From assembly GCA_965153455.1 (NCBI GenBank), contig OZ234494.1, positions 7,006,001 to 7,070,000 of the forward strand: 64,000 nt of DNA, read 5' to 3'. The position numbers and the translations under genes are program-made. Shown piece after piece: positions 1 through 14,012 of the stretch; positions within the stretch are counted from its first letter, which is position 1, and every line of letters begins with the position of its first letter. The notes under the pieces were generated by a model. It saw only the letters and a list, made by a program, of their open reading frames with translations, was not told the origin of the DNA and made no database searches. The stretch comes from Sphagnum compactum. Taxonomy: Eukaryota.

Positions 1-1320
1 AGTTGAGAGGTGCCCGATACAGCTTTCGCAAATGTGTCGTATGTTGGGCAAGCAACAAATCTGGAAAATGGCAGTAGAACAGGATCTACACAGGCACCGT
101 TATATTGGTCAAGGGAAGTGAGGATTGCAATCTCTTAATTTGCCTCTTTAGCCAGAAGAAGCATAATGGCATACACTGAGGCATGCTCTTGGATTCAAGT
201 AGAGGAAGAGGTGTACTTATTGCAAGAAATTGCATGCCAGAATACCATGACCTAAAAGCCAATCCGAGCTCACAAAGTCTAACCCACAGGTTTCAATCTA
301 ATAATCAGATGTCACAGAGCAAGAGAGAAGGGTGTCGATAATCAATGCAACCTAGAAATGGAAAGTTCTCATGATCATCATGTGAACATCTGTAATGCAA
401 ACCATATACTAGTCCCTGCCATGCATGTTCAAGAGGTTCAGTTCATGCTTCTCTTACCTTGGATGATGTCTTGAGTTTGAGAACAGGGATGACTGCTGAA
501 ACTTGGTCAACAAAAATGATGTCAAATCTGGGCCAAAAGAGCACCATGCAGAGTGCCACATACATGCATCGTATGTATGCACAAAGGGCATGCAGGTGGT
601 GGAACACATGTCGTGGTAAAAAATCACCATAGACTGTCACAGGAAAGCTGCCTGTGCAGAGAGAAGCACACATGGATATTCAAAGTTGCTTGGCAGGAGA
701 GAGCACATCTTGTATCAATTTTATATCATATCTACCATCTGCGTACAATTTACTCACCTTCATCCTCTCTAGCTTGAAATGTGAATTCAGCAGAAAGGCA
801 CAGAAATTTTTGACTCACCATCTACAGTCTCCTCGAAGCAACGGTTCGGGTCATGATGTGCTGTGAACAAATGTACATCATGGCCTTGTCTGGATAGCTC
901 CAGAGCTGCATCCACTACCAGCCTCTCTGCACCTCCTGATTCACAAACACCATGCTGCCTTTTGTTAGAGACAACATTCTATCATCATCTAGGGTTTTCT
1001 GTGCCGCCCACTTTCCTACTTGTTCATACTCTGAAAGACAGCAACTGCGAGACGAAAACCCAAGTTCTTGTATATTCTATGTCTCTCACCGTTCAGGATT
1101 GACACATGAAGAACAGAAAATGGACCGATCAATGGAATTCCTACGCAGAGAGATATACGCTTCTCTGTTGCAAAAAGAGAGTTGCGAACAACAACAACAG
1201 AAACACAGAAAAAAGCTCACCTATGCCGAGATCAGGATGACAGAAAGCGATCCGCAGCCGCTTCTTTCTTTCTTCATCTCTAGGCCTTCCGATTGCTTCC
1301 GCCATCTCCTTCATGAGCAT
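1..1320 (-). CDS. ALG2: Alpha-1,3/1,6-mannosyltransferase ALG2 (GT4 family), 5' portion; gene continues beyond the left edge
   Basis: GT-AG exons 1221-1320 (ATG at 1320, 1314 or 1305; ...LRIAFCHPDLGIG), 819-935 (GAERLVVDAALELSRQGHDVHLFTAHHDPNRCFEETVD), 458-651 (GSFPVTVYGDFLPRH...DIIFVDQVSAVIPVLK), 1-85 (ILFYCHFPDLLLAQHTTHLRKLYRAPLN). Phases join in frame and the motifs are the diagnostic ALG2 N-terminus. Confidence 0.95.
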
Positions 1321-4300
1321 CGAAAATCCAAGCAAGAAAGCGCTTAGGAATCAAAGAAGTTCGATGGCGCTCGAGGAAGCAAGCCATAGTTTCTAGCTTC
1401 GCGCTCCAGTTTCTCATCCATCTTCATCGTCCACACTACGCGCTTTAGTATAATACCATAGTCAAGTATTCGTCCATAATCGCTCCTCTTTCATCCAGTC
1501 GGTCATCGCTCTCATCTGCCGTCACCGAGCTGAGGGAGGAGCAGCGGCTCGAGAGCTGCCCTGCCCGGTGGAGGGTGTGGTGAACCTCACTTGCAGTCTG
1601 GGAAAGCTTTTGTGGTCTCCTTCCTCTAGGATATTTGGACACTCTTTTTATGCTTGTTCTTCACCTCTTTTATGCTTGTTCTTCAGGTGATTTTGTCAGT
1701 TTCTCCTTTCTCCCCCTTAAATGTTCTTGGTTTTATTTTCTCAGTGAGAGTCTTGGAATTTTTTTTGTTATTTTGATCACATGCAATATTATAATGGGAG
1801 TTGTGATTTAGTTTTTCAAGTTCAGATTGTGATGTGTTTTGTGAATGTGGATTGTTTGCGATTTATTTCTGTATCATTTTGATTTTCATTTGTATTAATC
1901 ATTCATTTTAAAAAATTGGTACAAATTGATTTCATTTTGAACTCTTAAGTTTATACCCACTAATTTCATTAGGCTTCTGATGATGGTGGGAAGGTTTATA
2001 TTAGTATATAATTCTAAGCCCCAAGTGTGAGCAAAACCATTATACAAAATCTCTGTCTTGAGTTTCTTTCACACTTCTAGAAACAAGGGAAGATTTAGTC
2101 AAGAGACATAACTAATTTTTAAAAGTCAATAGTATCCTCGTTCAAGCTACAACAACAAGCTTGTCGTGAGGGTAAGCTTCATTTCATTTAGCTTGTCCTT
2201 GTTAAAAAAACCTTTAAATCAAAGGCGTAGATTGGCCTATGTAGTGAGGGTAGTCATGGTTGGGGCCTCTTGCACCTTGAACATAGTTTTTAACCTCATC
2301 ACTTATTTTTAGCAAAATTCTTAACTAATCAAAATGATATTTCGAGCTTCAGTCCCATAGAACATCAGACCCATGCAAGTGCACAAGAATTCAAACTTCA
2401 TGGTTGCCGTCTACCTTGAGATTCCACATTTAACATTATTAACACATGCCAAAAAGAACTAGATTACACCCTTACATCAAGAACCTTTGTTAGAATGGTA
2501 GTTCCTAAGACACAAATAAATGTGAGAACAACATGCATTTTTACGTTGGATCAATTGTCTCATTGCTTTGACGATGGGGTGAGAAAGAACGAATTATATT
2601 AAAAAGTCAATTGTTGGTTTAACAAGAGCGGATTTTGTGAGCAATTTCTTAAGTGATTGGGTTGTAAAGCACCAACAAGTTGTGGATCTCAAAATAAATC
2701 TACCTATTCATTGTGTTGTAAATCTTTTGTATGGTTGATATGAACAACATATTGATTATCGATTTGTAACAATATGCAAATTCGAAGTGTGTTTCCTAAC
2801 TCACAAGAAGAAGATGAGAATTCTGAAATGAGAGTAGAACAAAGAAGGCTTTTGTGGTTGATGCGACTTGATTTGTGCTGGAACATTGTTAGTTCACTCA
2901 TCATGATGCAACAAAAGTTGTAGTAGTTGCAACAAATTATCGCACCAATATATGCATTGCATTTAGTTCATCCTTCTCAAATGAATAATCATAGATATGT
3001 CATTGTAATCGAACTTGTAGTGAGGCTTTAATACATGTACCCATGATTTTTGTGTTGAGCCATTTAGTTTAACTTGGCATGATATCTTTTTGTCACCATC
3101 ATCTTTATAGTGTGATTACTTGAACATTTTTGTATCAATCCATTTGTTTTAATTTTGGAATCTAATTTTGGGATTTGTAGATTTTGGGATCGCTTTATGC
3201 CATGTTGCACACAATACCCCCATCCACCATAAACCAAATGAGGAATAGCTTCACCTAATAAAGTTAACACATTTTGTAACCATGTTAAAACATTTAAACA
3301 ATACTTTCATGAATGCAACTTGTAGGTCATTATTAAAATAATTGACTATGCAATATTTTCATATCCTTAATCACGAAATACTCACACAATAACCTTAATT
3401 AATGTATTTAATTACTTTTATATAATTATATTTCCCGCCTTTATGAAATGACCCTTTGGTGCATAAACCAATTTGTTTATGTGGGTGTTACAAACTCTTG
3501 ATCTTTTATTGTCAAGGGTTTGGGTTCTCCATGAAGCCCTTCAAATTGCAATACCCACATTGTTGACTAACCCATGTTCATGTTACATTATTCTCATATA
3601 AACTTTTGCATAATATTTGTTTTAAATAAACATGGGGGACATTGGGTTTAAAGTAACCTTTTTGCTAACATTTATATTATTTTCATGGAATATTTTAAAG
3701 GTGAATTTATGTATTCACATACACATATATATAAGGAGGTTCCTATTTTTCTTTTCTCTTTCATCTACTTAAAGAAAGGAGAATAAAAATGACTTCATGG
3801 CAAAGGTATGAATGATATAAACCTTCCCACTTGTTTTGTTTACATTTTATGAAAGGTTGGGGTTCCTCCCCCAAAACTAGGTTCAAAACACAAGTTTTGT
3901 TAATACTTATATAAATTGTTCCATATTTTTATTGCAATTATGTATCTAATGTTTATAGCCTGTACACAATTTAGGTATATGCAAAAATAATTCTGAAATT
4001 ACATTTAACATTTAGTTGTAAAAAAAATTAAAATTTTAGCATTAAAGTTATGCAACCAATTTTTTTTGTGTTTATCTAATTGAGGGTCAATATAAGGATC
4101 TTTTGTTGTAGAAAAAGGTTTTAATTCAACATTTTAAGGTTCTTTTGTATAGGTTTGCTTAATTTTTCAAATTTAAACATATGCATGGATATTACGTTGT
4201 AATGTTTACATAATTTATGGTTTATGCAAGCAAAATATACAAATTGGGTTTCAGGTTTTTTTGATCATTTGTATAAAATTGTTTAGTTTCTAGATGAGGG

Positions 4301-4959
4301 TTAAGGTTCCATTAGTTCAAATGTTTACGTAATTTAAGTTTGATGCAATTAATTGTGTAAGAATTACGTTGATTTAGATTTGGACAATTGTATTAGATAT
4401 TGACAATGTGGGTATTGTAGTTTTTCGAACTTTTTGGTTGCCTTAACCTAGGTGGTGGATGAGAAAGTATTTGCAATACTTGCATTTTCCAACCTTTTAA
4501 TGACCTAAATATAATTGGTAGCAAAAATGATATGGGAATTACAAGTTCTTGGGTTATTTGCATTTCAATTTTCTAATAGGTGACCCATCTCAACATGAGG
4601 GTATTGTTAAAACTTGGTCCACTGTGATTCAAGTTTCATCACATCATGATCGGTCCAATGTATGCAACACCTTCAGCCATAGTTTTGCCATTGTGATGAG
4701 AAATACTTAAAAGAATTAAAAAAAATAAAACAATGCAATATTTGCATTTGAAGCATAAAATCTTGGATGGATTTGTTATGTTTCAAGAAATACCTAAATG
4801 TTGCACATAAAATATCCATTGTTAATGATAAAAAATAAGTACGACGATAGTTTTGAATTTTGTTATAATTAGAAGAAAAATAAAGAAATTAGATTCATGG
4901 AATTGAAAAAAAAAAAATTGTAACAAAAAAAGGCAATAAAATTCTAAAAGGTGTAATAA

Positions 4960-5645
4960 ATTTAGCCAAAAGATAAAAGTTTAACCAAAAAGAGATATAG
5001 ATTTTACCAATAGATAAAAGTTTAGCCAAGAAAAATTAAAAGTTTTGCCAAGAGATAAAAATGTAGCCAAAAAAATAAATAAGTTTAGCCAAGAAGAGAT
5101 ATAAACTTTGCCAAGAGATAAAAGTTTAACCAAGAAGTGATAAAAGTTTAATTAGTAAGAGATATAGGTTTTACCAGAAGATATAAGTTTAGTAAAAAAG
5201 AAATAAAGGTTTTGTCAAGAGATAAAAGTTTAACAAAAAATAAATATAGATTTTGTCAAGAAATAGAAGTTTAGCCAAAAAGAGATAAAATTTTAACTAA
5301 TAAGAGATAAAAGTTTAGCCAAAAAGGAATATAGGTTTTGTCAAGAGATAGAAATTTAGCTAATAAAAAATATAGGTTTTGCCAAGAGATAAAAGTTTAG
5401 CCAAGAAGAAATAAAATTTTAGCCAAAAACTAAATAAATTAGCCAATAAAACATATAAGTTTTGCTAAGAGATAGAAGTTTAACCATGAAGAAATATAAG
5501 TTTTGCCAAAAGATAAAAGTTTAACTAAGAAAAAATAAGAGTTTTGCCAAGAAATAGAAATTTAGTCAAAAAAAGATAAGAATTAAGAGATTTGCCAAGA
5601 GGAGATAAAAATTTAGCCTGGAATAAGTATATGTTTTGCCAAAAA
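4960..5645. repeat. Degenerate A-rich minisatellite, ~20-bp unit (gccaagagataaaagttta-like)
   Basis: Dozens of imperfect copies of tttagccaa/tttgccaagagataaaag in tandem. Confidence 0.85.
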
Positions 5646-6889
5646 ATAAAGGATAGGTAAGGGATTAGTTGTTAGTTTGTAGGCAGGGCTAAGATATAGG
5701 CCAATAGGGTGGCTAGGTGAGAGGGTAGTATGGAGGTCAGGGTTGGGAAAAAACTAACAACAAAATAAAATGGTCAAAGGTCAGCAGCCAAAAAAGATTG
5801 ACTGTAGTAAAATGTTGGTTAATGTAGGGTGAAGAGGCAGATGAAAAACGCAGCTCACCTTACGGACAGAACAGCCAACTGGTGCAGTCACGGGTGCTGG
5901 TTCACTCTGGCCGGTTCATTATTCCTTATGTACTGATGATCGGCTAGCTAGCTACATAAAAGGTACCTGGACTGTCAAACCACGCAAACAACTAGTACAA
6001 ACTGGTTGCTGGAACCAACTACTAGCTCTCTCAAAAAGACTAGTTCATAAGACTCTGAGAAGACATGGCCTATTTGCACAGCTATGGTATTCACCACCTC
6101 CTATAATGAAATATCTTGAAAAGTTATAAAGATGCAAAGAGTGAGTGTGTTAAGACTTAAGATCAAGTTTTTTTAAGGAATTTTTTTGATGTAACCTAAG
6201 TGGTAATCATCCATAGGAAGATGTAACAAAAAAGTGACGATTGTCTTGGGAAAGATTAACCCAAATCTGGCTACAACCATATATGAAGTACAAGTTTTTA
6301 AAATCAACCTTTAGTATTAATGGCTACACACTAATAATTAACTATAGAAATCTAGCAATTTTTACGAATTTTTTCCCTCACTTCTAGCCATGCAAAGCAT
6401 CCAAAATCACTTTATTTATGAATTTTGAAACTTTCTTTTTGACGAGATTTCAGCAATGAAAAAAACCTGGAATTTAAGACATCTTCCAATATAAATTGAA
6501 TTTAGTGTCAAGTAATTTAATGCTTGGATAATACCAAATATACTTGGTCGCCTAAATTTGAAAGTTTGAAACTTTTCGACACTAGCCTTGTCCATATTAA
6601 TTGATTTCATAGATGGAGGAGGCACAAAAAAATTATTTCATGAATAATAAAAATGTAATACCAACTTCCAACAATCAACACTCAACTGCATAACACACAA
6701 AAAAAATAACACACAATAATACTCTACTCCCCCATTGGATTTGGAAACAAACTGTCAAATAATTAATTAAATTTTAAATCTTGACTTTAGCACTTGGTTT
6801 TTTAATTCTGAAATTTTGACAGGTAATGGTTATATACAAGGGGTGTGTCACACTGTGGCCTTGCCATTTGCATTAAAAAGTATCTTAAG

Positions 6890-7068
6890 GCAAAAGAAGA
6901 ATTATGAAAACTCAAATATTTCCACCATGCAAAAATATAATCTTCAAAAAATCTTCTAAAAGAAACCAAAATCCTTCAAGATATTATAACTCTAAACTAA
7001 TCTCAATTTTCAACACAAGCCAAAATATCATCTTTCAAAAATCCTCATATAAAAACAGACCTATTATT
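6890..7068. repeat. Dispersed repeat; reverse-complement copy at ~48250-48450
   Basis: caaaatatcatctttcaaaaatcctcatataaaaacagacctattatt here matches aataataggtctatttttatgtgaggatttttgaaatatgatattttgg at 48251 in opposite orientation, and similarity extends through cttaaggcaaaag. Confidence 0.75.
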
Positions 7069-10050
7069 ACCTAGGGGGGGCAAAATCCCTTAAGCTAGCA
7101 TACTCTATAATGAATCTAAACACAATATCCTTGCCTACCAAGGCAAGGCCAAAAATAAGAAACACAATAATGAGACAGTCGAGTGTGTCAGTCTTTGAGG
7201 TCTGTGGTTCAAACCTGACAGCTGAAATGATGCTGATTCCGAATTTTATTAAAATTTTGGCACAATTAAATAAATAAGCCATGACTACTGGCTATAGCAT
7301 GCCATCAAACTTAGCCACGAGATTGCAAACCTGTTATGACTCAATTGTATATGAACTAAACTGAGTTACCAAGGAGGAAGTGCACCATCCATTGGAAACC
7401 CATTATGAGTTGTTCCACCTCTCACCTTGGTAATCTATCCCCGAAACCCTCATACTTTGGACTCTCCCCTCACACTACTAAAGTAACTAGTACCAACCTA
7501 TATAAGTGGGTAAATATCATATGTAAGTAAGTAGCTAAGTCACTTGGTGACTACTAGATAAGTAGATTCATGTGGATGGTTAGTATGTCATAGGTCACCA
7601 TGGTGGTTAGCTATGGGACATGAATACAATGAACAAGTATTTCCTGCCCATACACCATCCTTCATTCATGGTGCAATGGTGGTGGGCCCTGGTAGCAGGA
7701 GTCTCAGACTATGGACATAAGGAGTACATGAATTTCTTAAGAATTTCATCAAACTATCCTCCATCTTCAGCCTTTGCATTCATCAGCTTTCCTGTCCTTT
7801 TCACACTAGGGAAGTTCACTAATCAAAATTTCATCTTCTCTCCTGCATTTCATGCATCAGTTTTTCATCCATCCTCAGAGTAACAATCATTCACTTGTCA
7901 TCCATCCTTCGCATCTGGATTTAAAGTAAGACCTTTTCATCTGTATCATAATTATAAATAGATACTGTATTATCTTGGTCACTTTGACACATGCTTGTTG
8001 AAAAACTAATTAATTTTCAGTATTCTATTTTGACAAATAATTTATTTCCAAATATTCCATCAGATTTTTTATTTTCCTTCAGAAAAATTCCCAAAAAAAC
8101 ATTTTTTTCAAAAATTTCAACATTTCGGAATACAACATAATTAGTGTTGGACTGGTCAAGTTACTATGGTAGCAGCTTCTAACACTTTTTGGGTGTCTAT
8201 TGGACATGAAACACGGAAGTGAAGCACCTACCCCTTTCTAAATCCGGGTGCCCAAATTACATAACAGGAGTTACTACCATAAACATATTACATGATGGAA
8301 TGGTCCAGGCAGGTGACATTCTGTCGTATTTTCTGCCCAATCAAATTTTTTATCTGCCCAAGTTCACTCATGGCCACTAAATTGAGCAGAATGTCATCCA
8401 CCCTCACTATTCCATAGTACATGAATTCCCTTAATGGGCTCACCTAGGGGCTTGCTAGGTCCTTGAGTATCGTGTGGACTAACCTTTCCCTGGTCCAATA
8501 TTGAATCCTGAGCGCCTGCACTGCTGCTACATATATTTTCACTGTTCCTACCTGTACAACTTCTATATTACTCTGAAACCTTGTGCATTAAATGCTGAGT
8601 TTCAGCATTTCATGCCCATACTTAATGAAATTTCCATACTTTGCGGATACCACTGAAAGAGGGATAGGGGGCGAAAGCAGAGGAAATGGGGGGTGAAACA
8701 GAGGGTCACTTTACCGATAACTCTAATATCTGGAAAACAACGTGGTGTCTGCTCCAAGAGAGACGCCATATTCCCTTCTTGCGTGATGCTTCGGAGCACA
8801 AGAAGAGAATGATGGTATTTTTCCCATTTGCTTTGTGATACACACGCACATGCTGGTTGAACGTAGTGGCTAGCCTATTTCGATGGCATTTTGATTCTCC
8901 CTTTTACTTACATAGGTATGTGGTGCCGTTGTTGACGCATTGGGCACGTGCCGACTGTTATGGTTATGAGTTTCAATCCTCAGTTTTAGGTTAGAGGTTT
9001 TTGAGCTTTGTGGTACAGATTCATTTAGACCATGGGTTGAGAAAAAGAGCCTTTAGAGGTGTGTCTACTACATGTCTACTACCCATTTCTGGATGGCACA
9101 AACAACATGGTCCAGGTTTATCTTGGGGGTTTCATGAAAAAGTCCTCATCAAAAGAAGCTACCTTGACTCATAGCATGTCGACCCAAATTTTTTTATTGG
9201 GATCTAGGTTGGGTCCAACAAAAGAAAGATTTCATGTGGACTTGTGAACCTCATCAAAGAAATTAAACCCGTTTGCAATATGTTGATGCATAGGAATCAA
9301 TGGTGTCATCTCTATTTGTGAAAAAGTCTAAAAAAAAAAAAAGTTTGGTATAGACTATGGACTTGCAAACCTTTTCAAAAGAAGCTTCCTTATTCATATA
9401 GCATGTTGACATGGCAACTTCATGGTCGTTCGGTTGGGGGGGAGGTGTCAAGCAATTTGCAAGACCTCGGTCTGTAAATAATTACCCATTACACAATAGA
9501 GTTATCCGTAAAGTAATGAAAACAGAGCACCAGAACCCTGATTTTGGAGTGAGATTAAAAAAAAACCTTGCTAAAAAGTACATTAGCATTCAAGTGGGGT
9601 AAAACTCAGAAAACCATCAATTTTGGTGGTAAATTGAGTTTCATCCTGTCTTTCCATTGCTGCTACATATATTTTCACTGCACTTACCTGTACAATTACT
9701 ATAATTACTCTCAGAGATTTAATAAAAATCTCCTTTTTTTGTGGATACCACTGAAAGATTCGATAGGGGGGTAAAAAGAGGCCAAAAGATAGGGTGAAGA
9801 CAGGGTGACCTTCCGAATAACTCTATTCAACTGTCAGTTCACTGAAGATAACTAAGAAAACAAATTCAGACAACCAAATCCAGCAAACCCATTGGCCCGA
9901 CTTTTTAAAAAAATCTTTAGGTCTACAGACAACCCTATTTTGTGGAACATTGAATTTTTTTCCCAAATGATCATCATCAATCCTACTCACTATAGGCTTT
10001 CCAAGAATAACAAGAGTATGCCCAAATTTCACTATGATTAAAAAAATAAT

Positions 10051-10302
10051 TAAAGGAAATTTTTTAATTCACACCTTTTTTTGTTAAATTCACACCCTTC
10101 GCGCATGTGCCAGTCTCACTTTGAATACGTGTAAGGACGCAAGTGTGGGGTCTGTGGTCAATCAGGGCACAACTCGTGAACTTGCCCGCAGAAGTAATTG
10201 AACTGATAAAGGAACATACTCTTAAAGTTTCATCTGCATAAAATCGAACGCGCAAAGGGTGTGAATTTAACCAAAAAAGGTGTGAATTTAAAATTTTCCT
10301 AA
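10051..10302. mobile_element. MITE (~250 bp) with ~50-bp terminal inverted repeats, nested in another dispersed repeat
   Basis: Left end aaggaaattttttaattcacacctttttttgttaaattcacacccttcgcgc; right end is its reverse complement (gcgcaaagggtgtgaatttaaccaaaaaaggtgtgaatttaaaattttcct). TAA/TTA context at the ends. Confidence 0.8.
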
Positions 10303-11139
10303 TTAAATGAATTTCTGATTTAAAAATTGCTCAACATTCAATAACTTCCTGATCATAAGTCCAAAAATATGAATCCAACTCAGTGCACCCCTACTGATCA
10401 GGGGCTTTCCAATAGGAATGAGACGAAAGGCACCATGGTTTTGGAGATCTGGAAGTGAAAAATTAAACAACACAAAGAAATAACTTTCTGGATCCTCCTC
10501 AACTGAATTCTTTTTTTCTTTTGCAACTAAGATTCCGAGGTTATTGAGAGCCTCTTGCCTACTTACCGCCATATGAAGCCAAAGCTCCTTTTTACACCCG
10601 GATTAGGAAAAAAAAGGAAGTTGTTCATAAGATATAGCTTCCTTAAAGGTGGCTCCCAACTTTTATTTTCCGACAACTTTGTGCAGCCCTCACATTGTAA
10701 GTATATTCCATGGATTTAAAAAAATAATCTCAAATATGGCCGGGAAAATATCAAGCAACAACTCAAATGGGGTAACCGGGACACAGGCCTTGAGTTCTGC
10801 ACTCCACTAGGCCTGTGCACATGCTAGAGGCTGAGCTGAGCGGTGCCGATTTTCTTGCCGGCAAATGAATGACGTGGTGGCTGAGCGACAGGGCTGACGG
10901 GCATGGTCAGTCCTTGTCTTCAGCCGCTCAGCCACACGGTTTTTGTTTTTTTTTGGGTACATGGCATTGACAATAGTACCATGGGTCAACAGTGCCCCCT
11001 TTTATTTTTGGGTTTGGGGCCGTGACTTTTTAATTTTTTAGTTTTTGGGTTCATTGCATTGAAGATATGGGCAATTCTTATATGAAATTCTTGTCTACTA
11101 TTTAGTTAGGGTACTTATTCTGTTTCGTATTAATTAGTT

Positions 11140-11470
11140 GGGGGTGCCTCAGAAGTCCAACTTTTTTTTTATTTGCAGTGAGCCAACTTTGATTGGCCCA
11201 TTGCAAAAAGAAAAGTTGAAACTATGGAGAAATAGAAGATTCTATGGAAAAGATGGAGTGCCTCCCCCTTTGGCCCACCTATATTGGTGAGAAGGGGAGG
11301 ACTTTGGGCAACACATATGAGATTAAAGCGAGGCGCTATTGGGAACACCCTTGGGGAACACATTGGGAACCTAGAAAACATATTAAAAACCTGAAAGGAA
11401 CATGTTGTGAACAAAGAAAAAAGGAAAAAAATCAAAGCACTTTGAGTGCATGATGAGCCTTCCCATTGGG
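11140..11470. repeat. Dispersed repeat (gggaacac-rich family); related degenerate pieces near 16600-16900 (-) and 53660-53820
   Basis: Repeated tgggaacac/ttgggaac motifs, with reverse-complement gttccc-rich stretches elsewhere in the window. Confidence 0.5.
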
Positions 11471-13405
11471 TTTGGGGTCGTGTGTTTTTTTGGGGGGGTA
11501 CATTGCATTGAAGATATGGTCAATAATTCTTACCATAGGTCAAGAGTGCCACTTTCTTCTTTTCGGGTTTGAGATGGACACTCAGGAGAATGGAGAAGAA
11601 GACCCATGCATGAAAAGTTTTTTGAAGGAGATGAAGAGTTGAGAGATGATTGTGCCATTTTGAAAAAAATGCAAACTACTATAAGAATATGGGCTACACC
11701 ATTTCCTTATATAATAAGATTATGGAAATTTAGTTCATTTAATCACATAAGTTTTTTTCAATGCATTGCGCAGTCCGAGGTACCCCACCTGTACCGATCA
11801 AGTGATGTATGCATTCTTCCTTATGCTCGTGGCCTGTGTGATGTCCACACCCCAAATTCACCCCCACTTCAATAAACTCGAAAATGTGAAAGAGTTTCGT
11901 TGTTGCCTACATGTACCTTCCCTGCAAAGGAAAAAAAGAAAAAAGTGGGTACCCACTAACTCCATCCTAGACGAGAAAAAAATTCTCAAAAAATTTGGCT
12001 TTCGTAGGGTAAGGCTTGAGGTCAAGGGCCTGCCTCACTTAAGGCTGCTTTGGGTAATGCCATCAATTGAGGGGCCTTATTGAATAATAAAGACTTGCTG
12101 AAAGTTTGTGACGGATGAGGTTATCCAAGAATTGACAAGGTGAATCATCTACGATGTTAAAAGAAATGGATGATCCTTACAAAGAAAACAACAGATATGT
12201 CCCAAACAACGGAAGAAGCCCTTCTTGAAAGGCCCTTGGCATTTCTTGGAGGTCAAATTCGACTTTGGAATGTGCCATCCAAATATCCTTGTAAAATTTT
12301 CAGTAGGTCTTTATGCCACTAGGCACAATGCACCATAGGTTTGGGTATTGTCCAATACAGGTCCAGCATCCAGTAAAAAGGCTCGGTCGCTGTGTGTGGT
12401 TTGGTTCAGGAATACACCAACAACGAACCTACCAACAATAGTTGGATTAGGTTTGGATCTTTTTGTTCTATAGGGTTTAGCCACAAATTTGGATGCGGTT
12501 TTGATGCAAGTTTACAGATAAGTTTAGCCACAATTTGGATGCGTTTTTTAATGCAAGTTTACAGACATGTTTAGCCAAGTGAGCGTTGGGGATTAGCAAG
12601 GCTACAGTGTACTACAGCCAGGTTCGGAAGGGAGTTTAGCCTGGTTGGGTTTTAGGCCTGGACGTGAAGACGGTAGAAAGCACAGAGGGGCGCGAGAGAG
12701 AGAGAGAGTACAAAAAGAGCACAACTTCCGTTGTTCGCTGCTGCAATTGTGCGTTGCAAATGTGTCGTGGTTGCGGGGTGCGTTTTCTCTCTGATGCTGT
12801 TGCCGCAGTGTTGGCACGGGCACTTGCGTCACCAGCGTCGTCATTTGCGAAGACGCAGGCCTGAAGCATACCCCACACTAGTAGCCACCAACAGGGGCCC
12901 GTACGTGCTTTACCCCTTGTTTTGTCGATATCTCAACGTCGTAATAAGAGCAAGTTGCCATTTCCGTATGATTCGATTGCCGAGTTCTTTTCTCCTTGAA
13001 AGTTTGGAGAAAAGAAAAAAAGAAAGAAAGCAAGGAAGGAAGGACGGAAGCGAGAGAGATAGATTTTGATTTTATTAGGGGATGCGGAAGGAGCGTTGGA
13101 AAGCGGTACAAGAGACAAAATAAAACGGTTTCATTCTTTTGGAACGTTTTGGAACAACAACAACCACCTCGGAGGAGGATGAGGAGTCCTCACCAGCCAA
13201 ATTGAGAGAAGAAATGATCTCTGTAATATGTAGTAATATTGCTATGTTCCATAGTGCAAGTCGTTTTGTAGCATTCTTGTATTAAGCAGTTGAGGTCACA
13301 GTTTGCAGGATCTGCGAATTGCGCAAGAAGAACGAGAGACAAAGACAGAGAGAAAAAAAGTGAACTCGCAGTTTGAAAATCGGCGAATTGCGCAAGAAGA
13401 ACGAG

Positions 13406-13407
<2 letters not shown>

Positions 13408-13445
<38 letters not shown>
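13408..13445 (+). promoter_or_regulatory. (GA)n microsatellite in the promoter/5' leader of the small gene at 14013
   Basis: About 15 GA units, preceded by a duplicated gcgaattgcgcaagaagaacgagag motif (13314 and 13384). GAGA tracts are typical of plant proximal promoters. Confidence 0.55.
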
Positions 13446-14012
13446 TTACTCACACACACAAACAGAGGCCCCCGGAGACTCTAGACGGCCAAGATCCGTA
13501 TCGTTACTTTGTCGTAGAATTCTTAAGCGCCGCAATATAATTCCGCCGGCAAAACATAGTCTAAAGACTACCAAGAGATTTACTCTTGGGGTGCAATCTT
13601 CTTGGTAGATCTTTTTGTGGTTTTCTGTATTTTTGTAGCAGCTATTCTCTCAGAGGCAGGCAGGAGAAGGACTGTATTCATTCGTCTTGTGAGGAGGAGG
13701 AGGACTGAGTAGGGCTAATACAGTTCGCAGGTTTTTTGGTTTTGAGGAATTTTCTTTTCCATTTAGCGGAGAGACTTTTGCGACAGAGAAAGAGGCTTCT
13801 TCGGTTTCGTCGTCTCTCGATGCCGCGTATTTTTCTGAGCGTTCGGTGAAGAATCATCGATTTGCTTGAACGCGGGCGGAGACTCCGATCGGATTTCCAT
13901 CTCGTCGGAGCTTCGTTCTTGCCTGAGCTTTCTTTTCTTCTTCTCTGTTTTGCAAGCTTCGGGGATTGGAACGAAAGGACGCGAGCAGAAGTCAGGGTGG
14001 CGGAGGGGCAAC

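Noticed and set aside
7150-7230. ggttcaaacc B-box-like motif suggesting a tRNA or SINE
   Set aside because: No cloverleaf or convincing A-box could be built.
12602-13205. Cluster of overlapping short ORFs in GC-rich DNA
   Set aside because: No recognisable motifs or splice structure; more consistent with the promoter region of the gene at 14013.
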